Source of the DNA: Escherichia coli
GTDB lineage: Bacteria; Pseudomonadota; Gammaproteobacteria; Enterobacterales; Enterobacteriaceae
Reading direction: 5' to 3' (one strand)
DNA: 64,000 nt
NCBI RefSeq assembly: GCF_003334815.1
Contig: NZ_QOWO01000016.1
Positions 19,107-27,195 of the stretch are shown piece after piece (within the stretch, counting starts at the first letter, position 1; each line of letters begins with the position of its first letter). Below the pieces are notes generated by a model. It made no database searches. It was not told where the DNA came from and saw nothing but the letters and a program-made list of their open reading frames with translations. The translations under genes and the position numbers were made by a program.

Positions 19107-20042
19107 ATGTTTGATAAAGAGGTTAACTTAGGAGACAACTCAAACGTAGTAAAAACAGAAGGGAATAACAACACAACAATAATAAATAATTTTGATGAGA
19201 AGTTTATAGGTCACGTTGTAAGATCCATGCTTTATGAAAGTATGCCTTCCTTTCAAGAAGAAGCTAGAAAAAAGATAATTGCGTCAACTGATGAATACAT
19301 TAGAGAGCTAATATCTGAGTTAGTAATTCAAAAAACAGATGCAGATACATTAAACCAAAAACTATCAACGCCTGACGTTCAATACTCTCTTTTTGAATCA
19401 GCTAAATGTTTTGCAAAAAATCCAGAAAGAACAGCAAAATCAACTCTGTTAAATTTAGTTGTAAAAAAAATAAATGAATTGGATGGAGATCATGAAGAGC
19501 TTTCCTCTATCGATCTGGCAATAAACGTCGCTACAAAACTTAGCGTAAAGCAAATAAGGTATATATCTTTAATATACTATATTAAAGATATTGTAAAAAT
19601 ATCACAAGATAGTGCCGGCGCTTATTGCATAATAGATCCTTCAAAAGATACAACAGAAGAAGTTGACGATTTCTTTTTATTCCCAAATGATATAAAAAGG
19701 AACAAGCAGGATGTTTATGATCTTTATATCGATCTATATAACAATCAAATGGATGTTGTATTTAAAGATGAAGAGATTGGCCCAGTTGATTATAGTATGC
19801 TTATAGCATTGGGTTGTATCATTCAACCTGCATTCCCTCAGCGAACATTTGTACAAAATGTAAAGAAAAGAACAGGATTAGATTTAAACGACAGCGAACA
19901 AAAATTAAAGCTATCGACATTCATTGAGAAAATAGAAAAAGCTATAGAGATAGATTCTGTCGATTATATAGTATTAACTACGGTTGGTAGACAAATAGCT
20001 AACGCCTATATATCAACAAGAATGAGATTAGTTAACTTATAA
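19107..20042 (+). CDS. 312-aa soluble protein of unknown family - cassette 1 gene B
   Basis: ATG at 19107 with AGAGGG 6 nt upstream, 2 nt after gene A stop (ORF track start 19101 is an upstream GTG); N-terminus contains GDNSNVVKTEGNNNT; hand-counted GC ~27%; followed by hairpin terminator. Confidence 0.65.
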   Translation: MFDKEVNLGDNSNVVKTEGNNNTTIINNFDEKFIGHVVRSMLYESMPSFQEEARKKIIASTDEYIRELISELVIQKTDADTLNQKLSTPDVQYSLFESAKCFAKNPERTAKSTLLNLVVKKINELDGDHEELSSIDLAINVATKLSVKQIRYISLIYYIKDIVKISQDSAGAYCIIDPSKDTTEEVDDFFLFPNDIKRNKQDVYDLYIDLYNNQMDVVFKDEEIGPVDYSMLIALGCIIQPAFPQRTFVQNVKKRTGLDLNDSEQKLKLSTFIEKIEKAIEIDSVDYIVLTTVGRQIANAYISTRMRLVNL

Positions 20043-20063
20043 ATATCTCATATTTCTTCATCC

Positions 20064-20099
20064 AAGGTGGTGGCTTCATCATCCACCGCCTTCTTTTCT
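20064..20099 (+). terminator. rho-independent terminator of cassette 1
   Basis: AAGGTGGTGG-CTTCATCAT-CCACCGCCTT hairpin followed by CTTTTCT. Confidence 0.55.
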
Positions 20100-20103
20100 G
20101 CTC

Positions 20104-20240
20104 TTAAGAGTAGTGAACAAACCACTCGTCAGCAAACTCCCAAGTATCTTTCAGAGTCTCCTGAACAAAAGCCTTAGCAGAATCCTTATCTGCGGTGTAC
20201 GTAACAGGAAAATCATCGCTATGGTAGCTTTGACGCTCAC
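20104..20240 (-). pseudogene. truncated dinI-like remnant (3' portion only)
   Basis: nucleotide similarity to the 3' end of the intact dinI-like gene at 21881..22129 (GTGAACAAACCACTCGTCAGCA.ACTCCCA.GTATCTTTCAGAG...); no N-terminal part or start codon. Confidence 0.6.
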
Positions 20241-20366
20241 CCCCATACCATAAAATATCAAGAGATTACGACTCATTTCCCCATGACTCTTCACCAACCA
20301 ACAGTTCTATCAACATAAGATGTAAACTCATAAACTAAGCAAGATAAAAAAATTAACAGAATTTTG

Positions 20367-20395
20367 TTGATTTCATGTCTGTGGAGTGTTAACTT
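20367..20395 (+). promoter_or_regulatory. candidate sigma70 promoter for the XRE/ImmA operon
   Basis: TTGATT-17 nt-TAACTT about 50 nt upstream of the XRE start. Confidence 0.3.
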
Positions 20396-20445
20396 AAAAT
20401 GAGACCTGAAGTACTGAAGGTCTTTGACACACTGGAGAAGCAACT

Positions 20446-20805
20446 ATGTTAACGCCGTTTGGTAAGACAGTAAGAAAAATGCGCATAGACTTGGGGCTTA
20501 CGCTTAAAAGCATGGCTGAGGCTATGGGCATGACCTCGTCTTATCTTTCAGCGATCGAAACTGGTAAAAGGGCGGTCACTAAGCCCGTGCTTGATAGCAT
20601 CATTAGCTATTTTAATGCGGATGAAAAACAAAAAGAAAAGCTTATCAGTGCAGCTCGTGACTCTCAGCAGTCAGTAGAGATCAGCTTGTCAGGTAAGAAT
20701 GGCCACGCTCGTGAAGTCGCAATTGCGTTCGCTCGTAGTTTTGATGAATTAAATGAAGAAGACTTCCGTAATTTACGACAGATTTTGAATCGAAAACAGC
20801 AGTAG
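20446..20805 (+). CDS. XRE-family helix-turn-helix transcriptional regulator
   Basis: 119 aa; N-terminal HTH region (LGLTLKSMAEAMGMTSSYLSAIETGKR) typical of XRE/Cro-C1 repressors. Confidence 0.8.
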   Translation: MLTPFGKTVRKMRIDLGLTLKSMAEAMGMTSSYLSAIETGKRAVTKPVLDSIISYFNADEKQKEKLISAARDSQQSVEISLSGKNGHAREVAIAFARSFDELNEEDFRNLRQILNRKQQ

Positions 20806-20813
20806 GAGGCGGC

Positions 20814-21335
20814 TTGAGCGGACAAGATTATCGTGTACCTCCGCAGAATCGTGAATCAATACGTTCTATCGTCACATCTCTGCGGAGCGCATTTGGTATT
20901 ACTGGGCTTAAATTCCCTGTAATGGAGGTAATTGAGTTCGCATTGCCTCAGTTGATCCCGGATTTTGAGTTCCACATTGGTGGCATGAAAGAAATGGGAG
21001 AAACGCATGGTCTTACGTACCCACAGGAACATTTATTGATTCTGCGCGAAGACATTTACGAAGGCGCTTTGAATGGGGTAGGGCGAGATAGGATGACTGC
21101 CGCGCATGAATTGGGTCATCTTCTTATGCACAGGAACATCGCATTTGCTCGTTCTGCCCCAGGGGTAAAAATCCGCCCTTTTGAGAGTAGTGAATGGCAA
21201 GCTAAATGTTTTAGTGGTGAGTTATTAGTGCCGGCTATGCATGTCAGTATTTTAAAAGGTATGACGGCTGAGGATGTTGCTAAGGCATGCGGAGTTTCAT
21301 TAGTGGCAGCGCGTTATCAGCTAGACAGAATGTAA
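20814..21335 (+). CDS. ImmA/IrrE-family zinc metallopeptidase
   Basis: 173 aa; TTG start 4 nt after TAGGAGG; HEXXH motif (AAHELGHLLMH); immediately downstream of XRE gene, the classic HTH-peptidase pair. Confidence 0.8.
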   Translation: MSGQDYRVPPQNRESIRSIVTSLRSAFGITGLKFPVMEVIEFALPQLIPDFEFHIGGMKEMGETHGLTYPQEHLLILREDIYEGALNGVGRDRMTAAHELGHLLMHRNIAFARSAPGVKIRPFESSEWQAKCFSGELLVPAMHVSILKGMTAEDVAKACGVSLVAARYQLDRM

Positions 21336-21338
21336 AAA

Positions 21339-21373
21339 CCCCTTGCTTGGCGCCAACCAGTGCAAGGGGCTTT
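21339..21373 (+). terminator. stem-loop after ImmA-like gene (putative terminator)
   Basis: CCCCTTGC ... GCAAGGGG inverted repeat with large loop, then CTTT. Confidence 0.4.
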
Positions 21374-21488
21374 AGGTGATGAATCCAAGAGGCATCACCA
21401 CCGTGAACAGCTTCGATAGACAGCCTGAAATTAACACCTTCAGGGAAGATGTTCAAGGGAAAAATCTCTCTTGGTAAGGAGGTGTTTT

Positions 21489-21593
21489 ATGAATGGGTTT
21501 GAAATCAATTGCTTCAAAAGCGGCGCCCAAAGGGTTCCGTTGGGTTTTCTGCCGTTACCGCAAGGTGCGTGGGAAATCAAAAAAAGTCCTTGA
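21489..21593 (+). CDS. small ORF (34 aa) with strong ribosome-binding site, unknown function
   Basis: AAGGAGG 6 nt upstream of ATG; translation MNGFEINCFKSGAQRVPLGFLPLPQGAWEIKKSP; terminator 60 nt downstream; not in ORF track (under 60 aa). Confidence 0.35.
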   Translation: MNGFEINCFKSGAQRVPLGFLPLPQGAWEIKKSP

Positions 21594-21654
21594 TGCTCAT
21601 GATTACGGGTACGAGGCGTGGGCATTTTTAGTGCGCTGCTAAGGGTTAGTATTT

Positions 21655-21680
21655 AAGGCACCTGCGGGTGCCTTTTTTGT
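21655..21680 (+). terminator. rho-independent terminator
   Basis: GGCACC-TGCG-GGTGCC hairpin followed by TTTTTT. Confidence 0.65.
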
Positions 21681-21774
21681 ATCCTCTGACCCGATTGGTG
21701 TCTTGCTGAGCCTGATAACTACCAATTTTTGTTATTACTATTCTACTATCGCTCAATCATGATTGGCGGGAGTT

Positions 21775-21877
21775 GAAACCGCAGGCACGTCGTATGCAAG
21801 AACGTGCTGCGGCTGGCTGGTGAACTTCCGATAGTGCGAGTATTGAATGATTTCCAGCCGTTACAGATTTTACGTGC
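21775..21877 (+). repeat. direct repeat copy 2 (~100 bp) at right edge of cargo region
   Basis: near-identical to 18489..18590. Confidence 0.7.
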
Positions 21878-21880
21878 TAA

Positions 21881-22129
21881 TTAGTGAACAAACCACTCGT
21901 CAGCAGACTCCCAGGTATCTTTCAGAGTTTCCTGAACAAAAGTTTTAGCTGAATCTTTATCGGCGGTGCGCGTAACAGAAAGGCCATCGTTGCTGGTGGC
22001 TTTTACGATCACCTCTACATCGTCATAACGCTTACTGATGCGTCGAGTTAATTCTTCCTTTAACGCATCCACAGCACCGTTTGGCATTTTAGTCATTTTC
22101 TCTTTAGCTATGCAGATCTCAATACGCAT
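21881..22129 (-). CDS. DinI-family protein (prophage-encoded)
   Basis: 82 aa [11 protein letters not shown]...[11 protein letters not shown], resembles DinI; two LexA boxes in its upstream region. Confidence 0.85.
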   Translation of the reverse strand: MRIEICIAKEKMTKMPNGAVDALKEELTRRISKRYDDVEVIVKATSNDGLSVTRTADKDSAKTFVQETLKDTWESADEWFVH

Positions 22130-22144
22130 AAAAATCCCTCTACA

Positions 22145-22160
22145 CTGTGTTTGTATACAG
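22145..22160. promoter_or_regulatory. LexA (SOS) box 1 upstream of dinI-like gene
   Basis: CTGTGTTTGTATACAG fits CTGT-N8-ACAG. Confidence 0.6.
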
Positions 22161-22172
22161 TGTTATTTTTAA

Positions 22173-22188
22173 CTGTATAAATAAACAG
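22173..22188. promoter_or_regulatory. LexA (SOS) box 2 upstream of dinI-like gene
   Basis: CTGTATAAATAAACAG fits CTGT-N8-ACAG. Confidence 0.6.
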
Positions 22189-22213
22189 TGTCAATGGAAC
22201 AAAGATTGCTGCA

Positions 22214-22329
22214 TGTACAAATGTTCTTTGGCTACAAATACACCTACTGATCATGTTCTGCTATGCTCTGATACCTCCAAAATGTACAATCAGCGGCATG
22301 AATTTTTCTTTGTACATATGATTGTACAT
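22214..22329. repeat. cluster of four TGTACA motifs incl. two TTCTTTG-N0-2-TACA(A/T) direct repeats upstream of prfC
   Basis: TGTACA at 22214, 22283, 22311, 22324. Confidence 0.4.
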
Positions 22330-22348
22330 AATTAAAGAGACAACAATT

Positions 22349-23935
22349 ATGACAAGCCTTTTGGCCGCAGAGGTAGCGAAAAGAAGAACCTTTGCAATTA
22401 TTTCTCACCCGGACGCCGGTAAAACTACCATCACCGAGAAGGTGCTGCTGTTCGGACAGGCCATTCAGACCGCCGGTACAGTAAAAGGCCGTGGCTCTAA
22501 CCAGCACGCTAAGTCGGACTGGATGGAGATGGAAAAGCAGCGTGGGATCTCCATTACCACGTCTGTGATGCAGTTTCCGTATCACGACTGCCTGGTTAAC
22601 CTGCTCGACACCCCGGGGCACGAAGACTTCTCGGAAGATACCTATCGTACCCTGACGGCGGTGGACTGCTGCCTGATGGTTATCGACGCTGCAAAAGGTG
22701 TTGAAGATCGTACCCGCAAGCTGATGGAAGTTACCCGTCTGCGCGACACGCCGATCCTCACCTTTATGAACAAACTTGACCGTGATATCCGCGACCCGAT
22801 GGAGCTGCTCGATGAAGTTGAGAACGAGCTGAAAATCGGCTGTGCACCGATCACCTGGCCGATTGGCTGCGGCAAGCTGTTTAAAGGCGTTTACCACCTT
22901 TATAAAGATGAAACCTATCTCTATCAGAGCGGTAAAGGCCACACCATTCAGGAAGTCCGCATTGTTAAAGGGCTGAATAACCCGGATCTCGACGCTGCGG
23001 TTGGTGAAGATCTGGCGCAGCAGCTGCGTGATGAACTGGAGCTGGTGAAAGGCGCGTCTAACGAGTTCGACAAAGAATTGTTCCTTGCGGGCGAAATCAC
23101 TCCGGTATTCTTCGGTACTGCGCTGGGTAACTTCGGCGTTGATCATATGCTGGATGGCCTGGTGGAGTGGGCACCTGCGCCGATGCCGCGTCAGACTGAT
23201 ACCCGTACTGTAGAAGCGAGCGAAGACAAATTTACCGGCTTCGTATTTAAAATTCAGGCCAACATGGACCCGAAACACCGTGACCGCGTGGCGTTTATGC
23301 GCGTGGTATCCGGTAAATATGAAAAAGGCATGAAGCTGCGCCAGGTGCGCACTGCGAAAGATGTGGTGATCTCCGACGCGCTGACCTTTATGGCGGGCGA
23401 CCGTTCGCACGTTGAAGAAGCGTATCCGGGCGATATCCTCGGCCTGCATAACCACGGCACTATTCAGATCGGCGACACCTTTACCCAGGGTGAGATGATG
23501 AAGTTCACTGGTATTCCGAACTTCGCGCCGGAACTGTTCCGTCGTATCCGCCTGAAAGATCCGCTGAAGCAAAAACAGCTGCTCAAAGGGCTGGTACAGC
23601 TTTCCGAAGAGGGCGCGGTGCAGGTGTTCCGTCCGATCTCCAACAACGACCTGATCGTTGGTGCAGTTGGTGTGCTGCAGTTTGATGTGGTGGTATCGCG
23701 CCTGAAGAGCGAATACAACGTTGAAGCAGTGTATGAGTCAGTCAACGTTGCCACTGCCCGCTGGGTAGAATGTGCGGACGCGAAGAAATTCGAAGAGTTC
23801 AAGCGTAAGAACGAAAGCCAACTGGCGCTTGATGGCGGCGATAACCTCGCTTACATCGCTACCAGCATGGTAAACCTGCGCCTGGCGCAGGAACGTTATC
23901 CGGACGTTCAGTTCCACCAGACCCGCGAGCATTAA
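22349..23935 (+). CDS. prfC: peptide chain release factor 3
   Basis: 528 aa from ATG 22349 ([27 protein letters not shown]...); GTPase motifs; ORF track start 22322 is an upstream in-frame ATG. Confidence 0.95.
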
Positions 23936-24327
23936 TTCTTGCCTCCAGGGCGCGGTAGCCGCTGCGCCCTGTCAATTTCCCTTCCTTATTAGCCGCTTAC
24001 GGAATGTTCTTAAAACATTCACTTTTGCTTATGTTTTAGCTGATATCCCGAGCGGTTTCAAAATTGTGATCTATATTTAACAAAGTAATGACATTTCTGA
24101 CGGCGTTAAATACCGTTCAATGCGTAGATATCAGTATCTAAAGCCGTCGATTGTCATTCTACCGATATTAATAACTGATTCAGAGGCTGTAATGGTCGTT
24201 ATTCATCACCCATCGCTTTTGTGATGGCGGCCATTGACTTCTGTAGAGGGTGAAGTCTCTCCCTATTCAGCAATGCAACCTCGTGTTGCCAGGCTCAAAT
24301 TATGAGCAAACATACAGGAATAAATCG

Positions 24328-24933
24328 ATGACTATGACAAGACTGAAGATTTCGAAAACTCTGCTGGCTGTAATGTTGACCTCTGCCGTCGCGACCGGCT
24401 CTGCCTACGCGGAAAACAACGCGCAGACTACCAATGAAAGCGCAGGGCAAAAAGTCGATAGCTCTATGAATAAAGTCGGTAATTTCATGGATGACAGCGC
24501 CATCACCGCGAAAGTGAAGGCGGCCCTGGTGGATCATGACAACATCAAGAGCACCGATATCTCTGTCAAAACCGATCAAAAAGTCGTGACCCTGAGCGGT
24601 TTCGTTGAAAGCCAGGCTCAGGCCGAAGAGGCAGTGAAAGTGGCCAAAGGCGTTGAAGGCGTGACCTCTGTCAGCGACAAACTGCACGTTCGCGACGCTA
24701 AAGAAGGCTCTGTGAAGGGCTACGCGGGTGACACCGCCACCACCAGTGAAATCAAAGCCAAACTGCTGGCGGACGATATCGTTCCTTCACGTAAAGTGAA
24801 AGTTGAAACCACCGATGGTGTGGTTCAGCTCTCCGGTACCGTAGATTCTCAGGCACAAAGTGACCGTGCTGAAAGTATCGCCAAAGCGGTAGATGGTGTG
24901 AAAAGCGTTAAAAATGATCTGAAAACTAAGTAA
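24328..24933 (+). CDS. osmY: osmotically inducible periplasmic protein OsmY
   Basis: 201 aa starting [28 protein letters not shown] (signal peptide), two BON-like halves. Confidence 0.95.
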   Translation: MTMTRLKISKTLLAVMLTSAVATGSAYAENNAQTTNESAGQKVDSSMNKVGNFMDDSAITAKVKAALVDHDNIKSTDISVKTDQKVVTLSGFVESQAQAEEAVKVAKGVEGVTSVSDKLHVRDAKEGSVKGYAGDTATTSEIKAKLLADDIVPSRKVKVETTDGVVQLSGTVDSQAQSDRAESIAKAVDGVKSVKNDLKTK

Positions 24934-24948
24934 TTCGTCGTAATTCGT

Positions 24949-24970
24949 CCTCCCGAACTTTGTCGGGAGG
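24949..24970 (+). terminator. stem-loop downstream of osmY
   Basis: CCTCCCGA-ACTTT-GTCGGGAGG hairpin. Confidence 0.4.
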
Positions 24971-25059
24971 CGCGATGTGCACCACACTAAAAATATCGCA
25001 TTGAGTGATTTTCACGCTCATATCAAGCGGTGACATTAACTATGGTAAAGGAGACGCTT

Positions 25060-25221
25060 ATGTTTCGTTGGGGCATCATATTTCTGGTTATCGCGTTAAT
25101 CGCCGCCGCACTTGGGTTTGGTGGTCTGGCCGGTACCGCTGCAGGCGCAGCTAAAATTGTCTTTGTCGTCGGGATTATTCTGTTCCTGGTGAGTTTGTTC
25201 ATGGGCCGAAAACGACCCTAG
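25060..25221 (+). CDS. ytjA: small membrane protein YtjA
   Basis: 53 aa [22 protein letters not shown]...; AAGGAG RBS. Confidence 0.85.
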
Positions 25222-25342
25222 ATTTCAGACCATTAAGAAAATTTTATCCAAAGCCAGTCCAGCGGACTGGCTTTTGTGGTTTTAGCGAATAATAAATTGC
25301 GTTACTTTGTCATTCTTTCACAACAAAAACAGGAAGGCAGAG

Positions 25343-26416
25343 GTGGGGCAGCGAATACCTGTAACGCTTGGTAATATTGCGCCGTTGTCGCTAAGGCCGT
25401 TCCAGCCTGGACGAATAGCTCTGGTGTGCGAAGGCGGCGGACAGCGTGGAATTTTCACGGCTGGCGTGCTGGATGAGTTTATGCGCGCGCAGTTTAATCC
25501 TTTCGATCTTTATCTCGGCACATCTGCCGGGGCGCAGAACCTCTCGGCGTTTATCTGCAATCAGCCCGGTTACGCGCGCAAAGTCATCATGCGCTATACC
25601 ACAAAACGCGAATTTTTCGATCCATTGCGCTTTGTCCGTGGAGGAAATCTTATCGATCTCGACTGGCTGGTGGAGGCCACTGCAAGCCAGATGCCGTTGC
25701 AAATGGATACCGCCGCGCGGTTGTTTGACAGCGGCAAATCGTTTTATATGTGCGCCTGTCGTCAGGATGACTACGCGCCGAATTACTTTTTACCAACCAA
25801 ACAAAACTGGCTGGATGTGATTCGCGCCTCCAGTGCGATACCTGGCTTTTATCGTAGCGGAGTGTCGCTGGAAGGCATTAACTACCTGGATGGCGGGATC
25901 AGTGATGCGATTCCGGTTAAAGAGGCGGCAAGGCAGGGTGCTAAAACGTTGGTCGTCATTCGCACTGTGCCGTCACAAATGTACTACACGCCGCAGTGGT
26001 TCAAACGCATGGAACGCTGGCTGGGTGACAGTAGCCTGCAGCCGCTGGTCAATCTGGTGCAGCATCATGAAACCAGCTATCGTGACATTCAGCAATTTAT
26101 TGAGAAACCACCGGGCAAGCTGCGGATATTCGAAATTTATCCACCGAAGCCATTACATAGTATCGCGCTTGGCAGTCGGATTCCGGCGCTGCGTGAAGAC
26201 TATAAACTTGGGCGTTTATGCGGTCGTTATTTCCTCGCCACGGTTGGCAAGCTATTAACTGAAAAAGCGCCGCTTACCCGCCATCTGGTGCCAGTGGTGA
26301 CGCCGGAATCGATTGTCATTCCGCCTGCGCCAGTCGCCAACGATACGCTGGTTGCCGAAGTGATTGACGCTCCGCAGGCGAACGACCCGACATTTAACAA
26401 TGAGGATCTGGCTTGA
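25343..26416 (+). CDS. yjjU: patatin-like phospholipase YjjU
   Basis: GTG start after AGGAAGG; GGGQRG and GTSAG patatin motifs. Confidence 0.9.
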   Translation: MGQRIPVTLGNIAPLSLRPFQPGRIALVCEGGGQRGIFTAGVLDEFMRAQFNPFDLYLGTSAGAQNLSAFICNQPGYARKVIMRYTTKREFFDPLRFVRGGNLIDLDWLVEATASQMPLQMDTAARLFDSGKSFYMCACRQDDYAPNYFLPTKQNWLDVIRASSAIPGFYRSGVSLEGINYLDGGISDAIPVKEAARQGAKTLVVIRTVPSQMYYTPQWFKRMERWLGDSSLQPLVNLVQHHETSYRDIQQFIEKPPGKLRIFEIYPPKPLHSIALGSRIPALREDYKLGRLCGRYFLATVGKLLTEKAPLTRHLVPVVTPESIVIPPAPVANDTLVAEVIDAPQANDPTFNNEDLA

Positions 26417-27195
26417 TTTGCCGTTTTATCGACACCCACTGCCATTTTGATTTCCCGCCGTTTAGTGGCGATGAAGAGGCCAGCCTGCAACGCGCGGCAC
26501 AAGCGGGCGTAGGCAAGATCATTGTTCCGGCGACAGAGGCGGAAAATTTTGCCCGTGTGCAGGCGTTAGCGGAAAAATATCAACCGCTGTATGCCGCATT
26601 GGGCTTGCATCCTGGTATGTTGGAAAAACATAGCGATGTGTCTCTTGATCAGCTACAGCAGGCGCTGGAAAGGCGTCCGGCGAAGGTGGTGGCGGTGGGG
26701 GAGATCGGTCTGGATCTCTTCGGCGACGATCCGCAATTTGAGAGGCAGCAGTGGTTACTCGACGAACAACTGAAACTGGCGAAACGCTACGATCTGCCGG
26801 TGATCCTGCATTCACGGCGCACACACGACAAATTGGCGATGCATCTTAAACGCCACGATTTATCGCGCACTGGCGTGGTTCACGGTTTTTCCGGCAGCCT
26901 GCAACAGGCCGAGCGGTTTGTACAGTTGGGCTACAAAATCGGCGTAGGCGGTACTATCACCTATCCACGCGCCAGTAAAACCCGCGATGTCATCGCAAAA
27001 TTACCGCTGGCATCGTTGTTGCTGGAAACCGACGCGCCGGATATGCCGCTCAACGGCTTTCAGGGGCAGCCTAACCGCCCGGAACAGGCTGCACGGGTGT
27101 TTGACGTGCTTTGCGAGTTGCGCCCGGAACCAGAAGATGAGATTGCCGAAGTGTTGCTTAATAATACGTATGCGGTGTTTAGCGTTCGTGGGTAG
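26413..27195 (+). CDS. yjjV: TatD-family metal-dependent hydrolase YjjV
   Basis: 260 aa, TTG start overlapping yjjU stop; DTHCH motif. Confidence 0.9.
   Translation: MICRFIDTHCHFDFPPFSGDEEASLQRAAQAGVGKIIVPATEAENFARVQALAEKYQPLYAALGLHPGMLEKHSDVSLDQLQQALERRPAKVVAVGEIGLDLFGDDPQFERQQWLLDEQLKLAKRYDLPVILHSRRTHDKLAMHLKRHDLSRTGVVHGFSGSLQQAERFVQLGYKIGVGGTITYPRASKTRDVIAKLPLASLLLETDAPDMPLNGFQGQPNRPEQAARVFDVLCELRPEPEDEIAEVLLNNTYAVFSVRG

Noticed and set aside
18850-20042. Assignment of cassette 1 to a named defence system with a membrane partner (Kiwa-like)
   Set aside because: The membrane protein here has only two helices and 84 aa, and I cannot demonstrate homology of the 312-aa protein from sequence alone; naming it would be unsupported.
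21440-21625. 61-aa minus-strand ORF in the cargo region
   Set aside because: No RBS, and it overlaps the plus-strand small ORF that has a near-consensus RBS.
22244-23572. 442-aa ORF on the minus strand
   Set aside because: Entirely antisense to prfC, whose plus-strand product is a well-conserved GTPase; long antisense ORFs are common opposite GC-rich genes.
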